Below are positions 26,634 to 35,856 of a DNA stretch of 64,000 nt, in pieces. Every line of letters starts with the position of its first letter. Position 1 is the first letter of the stretch. The stretch is from a virus. The translations under genes were made by a program, and so were the position numbers. Below the pieces are notes generated by a model. That model searched no databases, was not told the origin of the DNA, and worked only from the letters and a program-made list of their open reading frames with translations. The DNA is taken from positions 64,001 through 128,000 of the IMG/VR virus record IMGVR_UViG_3300045988_180675; one strand, 5' to 3'.

Positions 26634-27245
26634 TTAAAATGGTAAGTCGTCTGCACCTAAGTTAAGACCATATTCTGGCATTGGCTGTGGCTGACTAGGT
26701 TGAGCCATTGGTACAGGCTGTTGATACGGCTGCTGCATTGGTTGTGGAGCAACTTGTGGCTGTGGTTGATACATTGGCTGTGCAGGTTGTTGATACTGTG
26801 GCTGTGGTACGGCTTGAACCTGTGGTTGAGGAATTGGCTGTTGATACTGTTGTTGAGCAACATAAGGATCATACTGTGGTGCCTGTTGAGCTACTGGTTG
26901 AGCCTGTTTGTACTTCTGATTTGTTTCCTTGCTTTCTACAAACTCCTGGGATTCAACAATAACTTCTGTTACATATACATTCTTTTGTGTAGTCTTATCA
27001 ATGTATGTGCGTGTACTTAATCGACCTACGACTGCTAACTTGATTCCCTTCGCAAATGCTTGGGCGGCAAATTCTGCCATCTTGTCAAAACATACACAAC
27101 TAATAAAGTCTGCGGCTGTACCTTCTTGATCCTTTTGTCGAGGACGGTCTACTGCGATCGTATAATTACAGATCTTCTTCTGATTTTGTGTAACGTATAA
27201 CTGTGGATCACGAGATAGTCGTCCGATTAAAATAACCTTGTTCAT
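26634..27245 (-). CDS. ssb: single-stranded DNA-binding protein
   Basis: It has a canonical OB start (MNKVILIGRLSRDPQL), a long Q/P-rich linker and a C-terminal DDLPF. Confidence 0.9.
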   Translation of the reverse strand: MNKVILIGRLSRDPQLYVTQNQKKICNYTIAVDRPRQKDQEGTAADFISCVCFDKMAEFAAQAFAKGIKLAVVGRLSTRTYIDKTTQKNVYVTEVIVESQEFVESKETNQKYKQAQPVAQQAPQYDPYVAQQQYQQPIPQPQVQAVPQPQYQQPAQPMYQPQPQVAPQPMQQPYQQPVPMAQPSQPQPMPEYGLNLGADDLPF

Positions 27246-27284
27246 GTTCTTTTCTCCTTTATAGGTATTCCTATTGATACATAT

Positions 27285-27302
27285 ATACTATCATAACAGT
27301 AT
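27285..27302 (-). promoter_or_regulatory. class-2 promoter (ATACTGTTAT + TGATAGTAT) for ssb
   Basis: The reverse complement reads ATACTGTTATGATAGTAT. Confidence 0.5.
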
Positions 27303-27351
27303 GCATGTGTCAAGAAGAAAAGAAAAGCGTACCATTTGGCACGCTCTTTTT

Positions 27352-28167
27352 TTAATTTTCCAACCAACTATCGCCACTATTGTAGTCGATTGTTACTCCT
27401 GGCTGCACATTGTAACAGAAGATGTTAAACATAACAGATTCTCCCTTATCCTCTAAAGACATTGCTTCCATTAAGACTCCTCTAGCTACAAGTTCATCTC
27501 CTATAAAAATAGGTGTTACTCTGTATGCTATATGAGAATTTGGATTTGCCTTTAGATATCCTGCGATCAGGTTTTCAAAAGGTAACATTCCATCTACATT
27601 TAGATATCTTGTTCCAGTGATCAAGTTCTTTGGATTTGCATTTTCACCTGTTAATTGATAACCAATAAGGTGACAACGATTATATAAATACTTTCCATTT
27701 ACAAAATCATACTTCGCAATCTTCCAACCTGTTGGCTTGACTTCCTTGATAGAGCCACGAGGCTCTGTAGGCATGATATCTTTACCGATAATGGCAAATG
27801 TTTCTGTACATCTTCCAAGCCGATCAAGTTCTCCATAAGTAGCATAGCTTGTATACTCCTTTGGAACCATGTAATCATCGTAGAAGTATGGTTTGTTATC
27901 ATTGACAACGGTATAAGGCTCCCCAGAAAATTCTGGTAGAGAACTATAGTCGAATGTCGATGGTTCAGAAGATGTTTTTTCTTCCGCCTGCTTTTCAACC
28001 TGCTTTTCTTCTACGGTATTTTCACTTTCTTTTTCTTGGATCGGTGCTAATCTTTCTTTCTTGTCTTCCTTATCTAACACGTATGTTTTTGTGATATATG
28101 CTAATAATAAAGAAATAACAAGAAAGAAAATCTTGGAAATGAATCTGTTTCTTCTATACTTTCTCAT
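27352..28167 (-). CDS. membrane-anchored/secreted DNA/RNA non-specific endonuclease (NucA/EndA-like)
   Basis: It has an N-terminal TM anchor. The core is NRCHLIGYQLTGENANPKNLITGTRYLNVDGMLPFEN. Confidence 0.75.
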   Translation of the reverse strand: MRKYRRNRFISKIFFLVISLLLAYITKTYVLDKEDKKERLAPIQEKESENTVEEKQVEKQAEEKTSSEPSTFDYSSLPEFSGEPYTVVNDNKPYFYDDYMVPKEYTSYATYGELDRLGRCTETFAIIGKDIMPTEPRGSIKEVKPTGWKIAKYDFVNGKYLYNRCHLIGYQLTGENANPKNLITGTRYLNVDGMLPFENLIAGYLKANPNSHIAYRVTPIFIGDELVARGVLMEAMSLEDKGESVMFNIFCYNVQPGVTIDYNSGDSWLEN

Positions 28168-28169
28168 TT

Positions 28170-28607
28170 TTAATTTTCCTCTCTTTTAAACACTAATTTC
28201 TTAACAACGCAATCGAAATTGTGATCTTCTACGACTTCTTCTTCATAGAAACAAAATTTGTTGCTAGGCAAAACTACACGCTTATCTGATGGCAGTTTTT
28301 GATCAACACAATATAGTATTACATCAGAACAATCTTCAATGTATCTCTTGTAATCTTCTGTTAGATCAATCAGAAATACATCATCGTCTTTTCCTAACTG
28401 ATCTGATGTGCTTACGATAAGCTTTGTCTTTTGTTTTGGGTTGATTTCTAAGACTGTAAAGAATAATTTGCTTTTCGCTGCAAAACATAAAGTTTCGTTT
28501 GCGTTTAAATCATTTAACATTCTTTCAATCAACTTCTTATCAAAAATAATTTCTCTGTTGTTAAACGTATAGCCACCGACTTTATCACATAAGGCAATCA
28601 TTTTCAT
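28170..28607 (-). CDS. hypothetical protein (weak DHFR-like pattern)
   Basis: MKMIALCDKVGG... and the C-terminal ...VVKKLVFKRE loosely parallel the DHFR fold landmarks. Key residues could not be verified. Confidence 0.5.
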   Translation of the reverse strand: MKMIALCDKVGGYTFNNREIIFDKKLIERMLNDLNANETLCFAAKSKLFFTVLEINPKQKTKLIVSTSDQLGKDDDVFLIDLTEDYKRYIEDCSDVILYCVDQKLPSDKRVVLPSNKFCFYEEEVVEDHNFDCVVKKLVFKREEN

Positions 28608-29155
28608 AAATTGCCCTCCTTTATGATTTTGTTGATAAACTCCGCAGCCTGTTTAGGAGATAATACATCTAAGATAACCATATTTGCTAGTTCCTCTGCT
28701 TCAGCAAAATCGTTTCTGTCTGCCATAAGTCTTCTTGTTGCTTCAGCTGGATCATCACCACGCTTTTTAAGGCGTTCTAATAGCGTTTCTTCGCCTACTT
28801 TAATATAGACGATACAGATATCATTTTTATCATTTGTCGCCGCCAGAACGCTTCTGACGCCGTTTGGAGTAAGGACGATGCACTCATCTCCTTCTCTTTC
28901 GTAAGCTTCTTTTCTGCTTCCATAGTACCAACGACCATAGATGGTATCGAAATAATCGTATTCTGCATACTCTCTCTTTCTGATATTATCTATAAAATCC
29001 TTTGGTGCAATGAAGTTGTAGTCGATTCCATTCTGTTCGCCTTCACGCATTGGGCGTGTGGTGTCTGTGATGATACGGGAATATCCTAGCTTTTCTAGTT
29101 CCTTGGCAACGCTAGTCTTCCCCGCACCTGTTTTTCCGATCAAAATTACTTTCAT
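28604..29155 (-). CDS. gmk: guanylate kinase-like nucleotide kinase
   Basis: P-loop GKTGAGKTS and TTRPMREGEQNGIDYNF are present. The start is moved to ATG 29155. Confidence 0.8.
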   Translation of the reverse strand: MKVILIGKTGAGKTSVAKELEKLGYSRIITDTTRPMREGEQNGIDYNFIAPKDFIDNIRKREYAEYDYFDTIYGRWYYGSRKEAYEREGDECIVLTPNGVRSVLAATNDKNDICIVYIKVGEETLLERLKKRGDDPAEATRRLMADRNDFAEAEELANMVILDVLSPKQAAEFINKIIKEGNL

Positions 29156-29169
29156 TTTATTTTCCTCCT

Positions 29170-29328
29170 TTACCATTCTGCATTTTTGATCAAGAGCTTT
29201 TCACGTCTACGTGAATACTCCTTTTTGCTATGAAACACAGCGGAACGAGTCGTTCTGACTCTTGGTCTTGTGTGTTTGATAGCATCAAGCATCATTTGTT
29301 TTGATGCTTCAACATATTTTCTTTTCAT
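29170..29328 (-). CDS. small basic protein (52 aa), below ORF-track cutoff
   Basis: GGAGGAAAATTAT SD, then ATG 29328: MKRKYVEASKQMMLDAIKHTRPRVRTTRSAVFHSKKEYSRRREKLLIKNAEW. A class-1 box lies upstream. Confidence 0.45.
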   Translation of the reverse strand: MKRKYVEASKQMMLDAIKHTRPRVRTTRSAVFHSKKEYSRRREKLLIKNAEW

Positions 29329-29354
29329 ATAATTTTCCTCCTTTGGCTTTCTTG

Positions 29355-29398
29355 CCCCATGTCATCATACTAAAGAACACTATTATTGTGCTATAAAG
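29355..29398 (-). promoter_or_regulatory. class-1 promoter/leader box (variant)
   Basis: The plus strand reads CCCCATGTCATCATAC...TATTATTGTGCTATAAAG. Confidence 0.4.
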
Positions 29399-29441
29399 AT
29401 GGCAAAAAGAAAAGCTGCTATATAAGCAGCTGATCTTTTCT

Positions 29442-30731
29442 TTAGAAATCTTCCATTGGGATATCCACTGGGTAATAAGCATCCATTGGAATATCCTGAT
29501 AATTTGCAGGAGTTGGAACCTGTTGATACATCGGCTGCTGTACTGGAGCATACGGCATAGCTGATTGCATCATTGGTTGCTGATACTGTGGTTGTGGTGC
29601 AACCTGAGTCTGTGGTTGTTGATAAGCCTGCTGAATTGACTGTTGGTATGGCTGTTGCATTGGCTGCTGATATACTGGAGCAGCTGTCTGCTTAGCAGAT
29701 TGTTCCTTTTGTAGCTTTGCTTCCATACGATTCTGACGATCTAAATCATCAGCGATCTGGAACTGTTTTGCTGCCAACATATCTTCAAAACGACGCATGT
29801 GCGTCTCCATATTATGCAGGCATTCAAACCAAGAAGCAGCAGAGAGCTTGAATCTGTTTTCACATTCATCTCGCTTATCAGAACGCATTACATTTAGTGT
29901 ACCAGCATTAGTTCTAACGACCTTAGCCTTATAGCTTTGGACTCTGATCTCAACAGGATAACGGTTTCCAATTGTCCATGTAATATCTAATTCGTTTACA
30001 GGGCAATATTCCTGAGCATTATCCCCATGAATTAATGGTCTTGGACCAGATGAGAAAATCGTTGTTACACCTAATTGTAATTCTTCTGGAGCAACTTCAA
30101 CGGCTGCATCTAAAAGATTGTTTTGAGCCATGAAAATAGCTTCGTCAATTGCCGCAATGAGTTCTCTGTTGGCAGGGAATTTTTCAAGGTTCTTAGCTAA
30201 GAATTCTCTTTGCTTTACAAGAGTATTCATTCCACCTTCTTCCTTGATTACTTCTAAAGGTGTCTTTCCCTTTAAATTTCCAATTTGAAAAGCTTTTCCA
30301 CTTGCAAGTTTTCCAACTTGAGTAGCTGCCTTTTTCTGTGGTATTGGCTTTCCTAGCATCATCGCTGTAATACATCTTGTTCCAAACAATACATTATCAA
30401 TCACGGTAGCAGTTGCCTTCTGCAATTGATACATCTGCGTTGCAAATGGTAATGCAAGCATCGTTTCTGCATTCATTGCTGAACGTGAAGCCTCAATAAC
30501 ACCAAACACTTCCTTTACACGAAGATTGGCTTTAGAGTTATGAGATACTCCATTTTGACTTCCGATGATCGCAAAGATAAAACGAGAGAATTTCTCGTCG
30601 TAGATCTTGTAAGGTGATCCCACCTTTTCTGTATCGATCGGTGTCAAATGCCCTTCTACGGACAATGTTTGAGAGGATGTCTTTGCAGCAAATACCTCTC
30701 GTGGGTAGTTATTCTTCTTCTTTTCTGTCAT
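29442..30731 (-). CDS. unknown protein with SSB-like Q/P-rich linker and acidic-aromatic C-terminal tip (IPMEDF)
   Basis: The first ~330 aa show no recognisable motif. The last ~90 aa mimic the SSB tails of 10274 and 26634. CAGGAGGAAAATG SD. Confidence 0.6.
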   Translation of the reverse strand: MTEKKKNNYPREVFAAKTSSQTLSVEGHLTPIDTEKVGSPYKIYDEKFSRFIFAIIGSQNGVSHNSKANLRVKEVFGVIEASRSAMNAETMLALPFATQMYQLQKATATVIDNVLFGTRCITAMMLGKPIPQKKAATQVGKLASGKAFQIGNLKGKTPLEVIKEEGGMNTLVKQREFLAKNLEKFPANRELIAAIDEAIFMAQNNLLDAAVEVAPEELQLGVTTIFSSGPRPLIHGDNAQEYCPVNELDITWTIGNRYPVEIRVQSYKAKVVRTNAGTLNVMRSDKRDECENRFKLSAASWFECLHNMETHMRRFEDMLAAKQFQIADDLDRQNRMEAKLQKEQSAKQTAAPVYQQPMQQPYQQSIQQAYQQPQTQVAPQPQYQQPMMQSAMPYAPVQQPMYQQVPTPANYQDIPMDAYYPVDIPMEDF

Positions 30732-30780
30732 TTTTTCATTTTCCTCCTGACATATAATTTTCTTCCTTTATCTAATCATG

Positions 30781-30830
30781 CTCCATGTAATCAAATAAGG
30801 ACATTGTTATTATGCAAGAAAGAAGAGAAA
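30781..30830 (-). promoter_or_regulatory. class-1 promoter/leader box
   Basis: The plus strand reads CTCCATGTAATCAAAT...TTATTATGCAAG. Confidence 0.45.
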
Positions 30831-30891
30831 GAAAAAAGGCAAATCGATACATCTGCCTCTAGTCTGTTTTTGGTCTAGCTTTGGTCTGAAT

Positions 30892-31110
30892 CTAGTCTAA
30901 AAGATCTTCATCGTTTTTATGCATCTCAAAGTATCCCTTTAGTAAATACAATGCAAATGCTCCTAATAGAATATATTTTACAAACCAAGGAATAATGTTT
31001 GCATAGGATAAAATGGCAAGAACGAAGAATAAAGCGACCATAACAACATAGGTCTTTATTCCGTTTCCTTTCTTCATATTGCCAAGTACCTTTTTACTTA
31101 ATTTCTTCAT
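30892..31110 (-). CDS. small two-TM membrane protein
   Basis: It has two hydrophobic segments, an AGGAAAGGAG SD and a TAGCATAAT promoter at about 31126-31134 (rc). Confidence 0.55.
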   Translation of the reverse strand: MKKLSKKVLGNMKKGNGIKTYVVMVALFFVLAILSYANIIPWFVKYILLGAFALYLLKGYFEMHKNDEDLLD

Positions 31111-31194
31111 ATCTTTTCTCCTTTCCTATATTATGCTATTTTTTATCGAAATAATGAAAAAAGAAAAAAGACTGCATAAGCAGTTCTCTTCCTT

Positions 31195-31650
31195 TAGTCT
31201 TTCGTGAACTACTCGGTAATAAATTACCAAGTTTCCTGCTTCAACTACCGTTGCATCTAGCCTACATAGTATAGGTTGGATGTCTTATACGATATCCACA
31301 GGCGTTAAGTTTGGGCTATTCCATCCCTACTTGATACTTATATTATAATATACGTAATTACTTTATGCAAGTAATAAAGGAGCGTTCATCTCGGTTTTGA
31401 AAAGTCGAGTTTTCTCGCTCAACGTTCATAAACTACTTTTTATCTATGGCAGAAACATTCATATTTCCTATTTAAACAATATTGGAAGGAAAAACCTTTT
31501 GGCTTGATGGGTACTTCACTTGTAGTATAGGAGAGGTATCATCAGCTACCATACAAAATACATTGAAAACCAAGGCTAATACTTACAAGCTTACAATGCT
31601 CCTCCCACCGTCCAAGGACAGTGGGTTTCCGCAGATGGAATAGAAAGTAT
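31195..31650 (+). mobile_element. decayed IS200/IS605-family element (LE-like hairpin, tnpA 3' relic, RE hairpin)
   Basis: A left-end-like segment holds CGTGAACTACT (31203-31213) and a hairpin (31258-31279). A tnpA relic follows. A 10-bp stem CCCACCGTCC/GGACAGTGGG sits at 31604-31625. Confidence 0.5.
31374..31579 (+). pseudogene. tnpA: IS200-type Y1 transposase (tnpA) C-terminal fragment with stops and frameshift
   Basis: The fragment reads IKERSSRF*KVEF... then KTFWLDGYFTCSIGEVSSATIQ and, one frame over, KYIENQG*. This matches the family's KGxSSR...FW..GYF...VS..TI.KYIENQ C-terminus. Confidence 0.55.
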
Positions 31651-31698
31651 TTTACTTATGGAAAAAGAAAAAGACTGCACATGGCAGTCTCTCTCTTT

Positions 31699-32820
31699 TT
31701 AACACTCAATAAGCTCGTTAATGTATCCACGATCTTCTGTACGAACACAACGAACTTCAACAACTTCACGTTCAGTATTTGCGAACTTAAATGAAGTGAT
31801 GTTGTAGTCAACTTCTGCTGACAACAGATAATCGTAACCATCTAACTTCTCGTCTAAACCATCGATGTAGATAGTACGAGGTGCATGACTAGCACGGCAA
31901 TAAATTAGTCCATTCTTGCCAACAAGAACAACTTCACATGTATTTTCACGCTTGATAGAACGTGTAACATCCATGTCTGTTGCCTGTGTAAATGCATTAC
32001 AACGAACTCGATCATCACCATGCTTTACTGTGATGACTGTAATTAGTTCGCCATTTCCAGCTGTTGGGATACGGTATCCGCTATCCAACATTTCGCCTTC
32101 GCCATCACGAACACCCTTGAAGATCAATTTGAAGATATTGTCTACGCCATCTTCTGTTCTAAAGTCCTCTGTTGAAACAAGAGAAATTAACTGATGGTCA
32201 TTTACACGAACGTAATCGAAGTTGTATTCGCCAGTTTCATATAAAGCCACTACTGCAACGTCAGAAAGAGTAAATGTAACATCTTCTGTCTTCTCGTCCT
32301 TTGTGATAGTATCGTGGATCTCAACCGTGAGCTTTAATAGATTCAATGAAGAATTAATATCTTCGATATCTGATTGAAGCTTCTCAACCTTAACGATCTT
32401 ACTATCGTAACCAATGTTGTCAAAATGATCTCTTGTTAGATCATAATTGTACAGATTACCATTTGTAGATAGTAAGAATAAGGATGTTGAGCCAAAAGCA
32501 ACGATTTCACTAAAGCGTAGTGAACCGATAATCTTTTCACCCAATACTACCAAAGAGCCATCTTCATCGAGATATGCGTCATCTGATGTTAATAGTGGTG
32601 CACGTAGGTCTGGGTTGTTAGTGTTGTTGTAATGTTCATAGGAAATTGTTGGATTTCCATAGTTTGTTACAACGATTGATCCAGCTTCATTAGAAAGATG
32701 CATTACATCTCCCTCTACCTTGTCTAAAGTTAGGTAGTCTCGGCTCAACTGGTCAAACCATTCTGTGCCGATACGTAGTTCTAAACGCTTGTTGATCTTT
32801 TCTTGAATTGTTGTTGTCAT
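31699..32820 (-). CDS. hypothetical protein (373 aa)
   Basis: TAGGAGGAAAAAT SD, with a ~108-nt leader containing two hairpins. No motif was recognised. Confidence 0.6.
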   Translation of the reverse strand: MTTTIQEKINKRLELRIGTEWFDQLSRDYLTLDKVEGDVMHLSNEAGSIVVTNYGNPTISYEHYNNTNNPDLRAPLLTSDDAYLDEDGSLVVLGEKIIGSLRFSEIVAFGSTSLFLLSTNGNLYNYDLTRDHFDNIGYDSKIVKVEKLQSDIEDINSSLNLLKLTVEIHDTITKDEKTEDVTFTLSDVAVVALYETGEYNFDYVRVNDHQLISLVSTEDFRTEDGVDNIFKLIFKGVRDGEGEMLDSGYRIPTAGNGELITVITVKHGDDRVRCNAFTQATDMDVTRSIKRENTCEVVLVGKNGLIYCRASHAPRTIYIDGLDEKLDGYDYLLSAEVDYNITSFKFANTEREVVEVRCVRTEDRGYINELIEC

Positions 32821-32928
32821 AAAATTTAATTTTTCCTCCTATGTCCTCTCTTTTAGGACTCGCTATACTAGCGTCTAATTGTCTTCCTTATTTTTTGAGT
32901 AATGCTTTTTATCATCACCCTTTCTTTC

Positions 32929-32972
32929 TCCATTTCTCATCAAATAATTGGACATAAGTATTATGCAAGAAG
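32929..32972 (-). promoter_or_regulatory. class-1 promoter/leader box
   Basis: The plus strand reads CTCCATTTCTCATCAAAT...TATTATGCAAG. Confidence 0.45.
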
Positions 32973-32981
32973 AAAAGAAAT

Positions 32982-33010
32982 AAAAAAAGACGGAATAACC
33001 GTCTTTCTTT
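32982..33010 (-). terminator. intrinsic terminator after helicase gene
   Basis: Stem GACGG/CCGTC (32989-33003) with a flanking A-run and T-run. Confidence 0.6.
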
Positions 33011-34969
33011 TTATAACTGAGCTAATGCCTCTTCGATTTCCTGTAGGAAACGGTTGTATGTTGGGTTTTCAATCGTTCCAAAAGCGATTTCTTGTCCATA
33101 TAAAGATAGGCTATCACGAGCACGAGTGATCATTACGAATAATAAACGTCGTAGCTCTTCAGCTTTTCTTGTGGATAATTTCTCTTTTTCGAATCCTGAA
33201 ACAGAACCAAATACATGTTTCCATTCTAAACCTTTTGATGAGTGTACTGTAATCAACATTACACCATGACCTAAAACAGAACGCTTGAACATCATGTTAT
33301 CTCCAAACGATAAGAAGTTTGAAACATAATACATGATTTCGTCGGCATCCATATCATTGAACTTTTCGGAAAAATTCAATACTGCTTCATCGCCATGTGA
33401 AATCTCCTGGATAAATTCCATGATCATAAGTTTCTTCGCAGCTGGATCTACAGCTTTGATTGTGTTCACCTTATTTACCACTTCATTTACATAGGTAGAC
33501 ATGATTTCTGGTCCAGCTTCAATAATATCTCCATCAAATAAGGCGTTTGCTACTTCTAGCATATCCATATTTGCATCGGCTGCATCTGGTTTAGAAATTT
33601 CTCGAATAAATTTCAACATCGCTATGACACGGTGGTTTTCAATTAATAACTCTGGGAAACCAAACTTAGATGGAATTCCAAAAGCTGTTAAGCGATCTGC
33701 AACGCTCTTTAACTCTCCCTTTGAGAAAGCTAAGAAAGCAATGTTGTCAGGATCTTCACCTGCATCAATAAGAGCCTTGATATCACGAGCAATCGTATCG
33801 ATTTCTCCTTTTTCAAGATTCTTGCCCATATTTAATTTCGATGGCTTCTGATCGTATTTTCTCTTGAATTTCTGTACCGTTGGCATCATGCCTGGTTCAC
33901 GAGATGCGATAAGAGTCTTATCGATCTTATTTTTATTTCTATCAATAATGATGTTTGCTAACTTAATTACGTTTTCAATACATCTGTAATTGATATCCAT
34001 AAATACATCGTGGATGTCGAGTGTAAGCTTATTTCCATCCTCGTCTTTCTTATATAAATAATCTCCTAAATTGATTAAGAAATCTGGAGAAGTATTCATT
34101 AACGATTCATAGATCGCTTGTGAATCATCTCCCACAACAAGTAAAGACTTAAATGACTTCATGTTGATCAAGTGATTTAATAGCTTCATCTGATCTTCCG
34201 AAGTATCCTGTGCTTCATCAACAATAATGTGAGCAAAGTAGAAATTATCATCTAAAAATGTTGGATTGTCATCTAAAATTTTTAATGCCAATACGATCAT
34301 TTCGTCGAACGTGATTACTGGAGCTTGGAACTCATTATCGAATCCCTTCTTCATAGAATCATATTCTGGATACATCGCAATGATCTTCAAGGCAATATTT
34401 GATGGTAAATCCACTTTTCTGTCTGTTAAGAGTTCCGATACGTCATTATAGGCAATATCAGACAACGCTCTTCCTTCCACAACCAGTCTTGAAACTCGAT
34501 GTAGAATCATAGACATGATATCTAATGCTCCAGTCGTACCGTAACCTGAGCTTGTATAGTTCTGGAAATGAACTCCAGTCCACTCTACGATCTCATGACG
34601 GCGAATCAGAGCATCACACATTGCTCTATCTTGTACTTCATCAATAACTGACGGAATATGTCGATATCCTAATGTGTGCCACATTTTTTTAATAATTTCG
34701 AACTCGAAAGCATGGAAAGTTGTAGCGGTCAAACCACAAACAGGCTTTCCAACCATCTTATTTACACGAGCTGCCATCTCAGAAGCACCATTCTTAGAGA
34801 ATGTACTTAGGAAGATTTCTTCAGGTTTAGCACCGACATCTTCTAAAAGATGCTTAACTCTAGCACTAATGACCTGTGTCTTTCCTGTTCCTGCACCCGC
34901 TACAACTCTGTTGTAAGGATGCGTTGTATTGATGGCTGCTAATTGCCCATCATTAAACTTGATTTCCAT
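33011..34969 (-). CDS. UvrD/PcrA-family SF1 helicase
   Basis: Motifs: AGAGTGKT, IIVDEAQDTS, VGDDSQAIY, NYRC, TVHSSKGLEW, VMITRARDSL. Confidence 0.9.
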   Translation of the reverse strand: MEIKFNDGQLAAINTTHPYNRVVAGAGTGKTQVISARVKHLLEDVGAKPEEIFLSTFSKNGASEMAARVNKMVGKPVCGLTATTFHAFEFEIIKKMWHTLGYRHIPSVIDEVQDRAMCDALIRRHEIVEWTGVHFQNYTSSGYGTTGALDIMSMILHRVSRLVVEGRALSDIAYNDVSELLTDRKVDLPSNIALKIIAMYPEYDSMKKGFDNEFQAPVITFDEMIVLALKILDDNPTFLDDNFYFAHIIVDEAQDTSEDQMKLLNHLINMKSFKSLLVVGDDSQAIYESLMNTSPDFLINLGDYLYKKDEDGNKLTLDIHDVFMDINYRCIENVIKLANIIIDRNKNKIDKTLIASREPGMMPTVQKFKRKYDQKPSKLNMGKNLEKGEIDTIARDIKALIDAGEDPDNIAFLAFSKGELKSVADRLTAFGIPSKFGFPELLIENHRVIAMLKFIREISKPDAADANMDMLEVANALFDGDIIEAGPEIMSTYVNEVVNKVNTIKAVDPAAKKLMIMEFIQEISHGDEAVLNFSEKFNDMDADEIMYYVSNFLSFGDNMMFKRSVLGHGVMLITVHSSKGLEWKHVFGSVSGFEKEKLSTRKAEELRRLLFVMITRARDSLSLYGQEIAFGTIENPTYNRFLQEIEEALAQL

Positions 34970-34998
34970 TTTTTATTTTCCTCCTTAGCCTTAATGGC

Positions 34999-35838
34999 TT
35001 ATTCTTCTTCATCTATAACTGTGATAGGAGCTTTCTTGTATTTGCAAATATTGAAGAATTCACAAAACTTACAATTTTCTTCTAATTGCTCTTCTTCTCC
35101 TACTCCATTAATAAACTTTTGAATGATCGGACTCATATAGGTATCGATTTCAGCAGTGTTTCCCATGTAATCTCCTTCAAGACTTACGATGTTCCCACTT
35201 CCGAAGAATGATTGCTCATTTAAGTTCCATGTTTGGGTATCGGTATCCTTCTTTAGAAAATAGAAAGATGCTGTGATATTTTTGAACCCCATTTGACGAC
35301 CATACAAAATTGTTGCGTACAATTGAAGATCTCTCTTCATTGCGTTCTTATTGCCTTTTTGTGTTACATTTGGTTTACCAGTTTTATAGTAAACAAATTC
35401 CACACGATCTTCGCCATCTATACCTTTAGATACAAACGCTGCATGTGGAGCTACCATAATTGGCTTGAGCTGATCTGATACTGAAACAAGTCGTTTTGCG
35501 AAGAAAGATGGAACACGATGTTCATCTCTTAAATATCGCATGACTCTTCTCCAGTCTGCTAATAAAACCTGCATTTTCTGCTGTGGGTTTAAAAAGCCAG
35601 CCTCAATATAACGGGAATTCATGTATTCCATGATATTCCGATCTTCCCGCTCATTGTAACGAAGTGCTTGCTGGATCGTATCTGCACAAATTTCAGCACG
35701 CTTATAAAAGGTGCCAGTTGGGACTGATGACTTAATAGAATCACCAAGAACCCCTTTGAACGTTCTACGTTTTTTACAAGCTCCATATTCTGATAATGAG
35801 CTTAATCGATCATAATCGATTTTTGTTTGATCACACAT
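34999..35838 (-). CDS. PD-(D/E)XK nuclease of Cas4/AddB type with 4-Cys cluster
   Basis: There is an N-terminal Cys (YGACKK), then D...EFVYYKTGK, then the QLYATILY (QhxxY) motif, then C-terminal CKFCEFFNIC. Confidence 0.8.
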   Translation of the reverse strand: MCDQTKIDYDRLSSLSEYGACKKRRTFKGVLGDSIKSSVPTGTFYKRAEICADTIQQALRYNEREDRNIMEYMNSRYIEAGFLNPQQKMQVLLADWRRVMRYLRDEHRVPSFFAKRLVSVSDQLKPIMVAPHAAFVSKGIDGEDRVEFVYYKTGKPNVTQKGNKNAMKRDLQLYATILYGRQMGFKNITASFYFLKKDTDTQTWNLNEQSFFGSGNIVSLEGDYMGNTAEIDTYMSPIIQKFINGVGEEEQLEENCKFCEFFNICKYKKAPITVIDEEE

Positions 35839-35856
35839 TTTATTTTCCTCCTAATT

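Noticed and set aside
26657-27129. Several ORFs on both strands overlapping the ssb gene (26657..26872, 26700..27020, 26708..26962, 26929..27129)
   Set aside because: They are open only because of the CAG/CCA-rich repeat that encodes the SSB Q/P linker. They have no SD. The ssb frame has the canonical OB start and the DDLPF end.
30850-30900. Short direct repeats TCTAGTCT/TTGGTCT around the stop of 30892..31110
   Set aside because: There are only three or four copies of 6-8 nt in an AT-rich terminator region. That is too weak to distinguish from chance.
34999-35838. Cas4-like nuclease as evidence of a CRISPR-Cas locus
   Set aside because: No repeats, cas1/cas2 or effector genes are nearby. 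The gene is operonic with a UvrD helicase, which fits an AddAB-like helicase-nuclease better.
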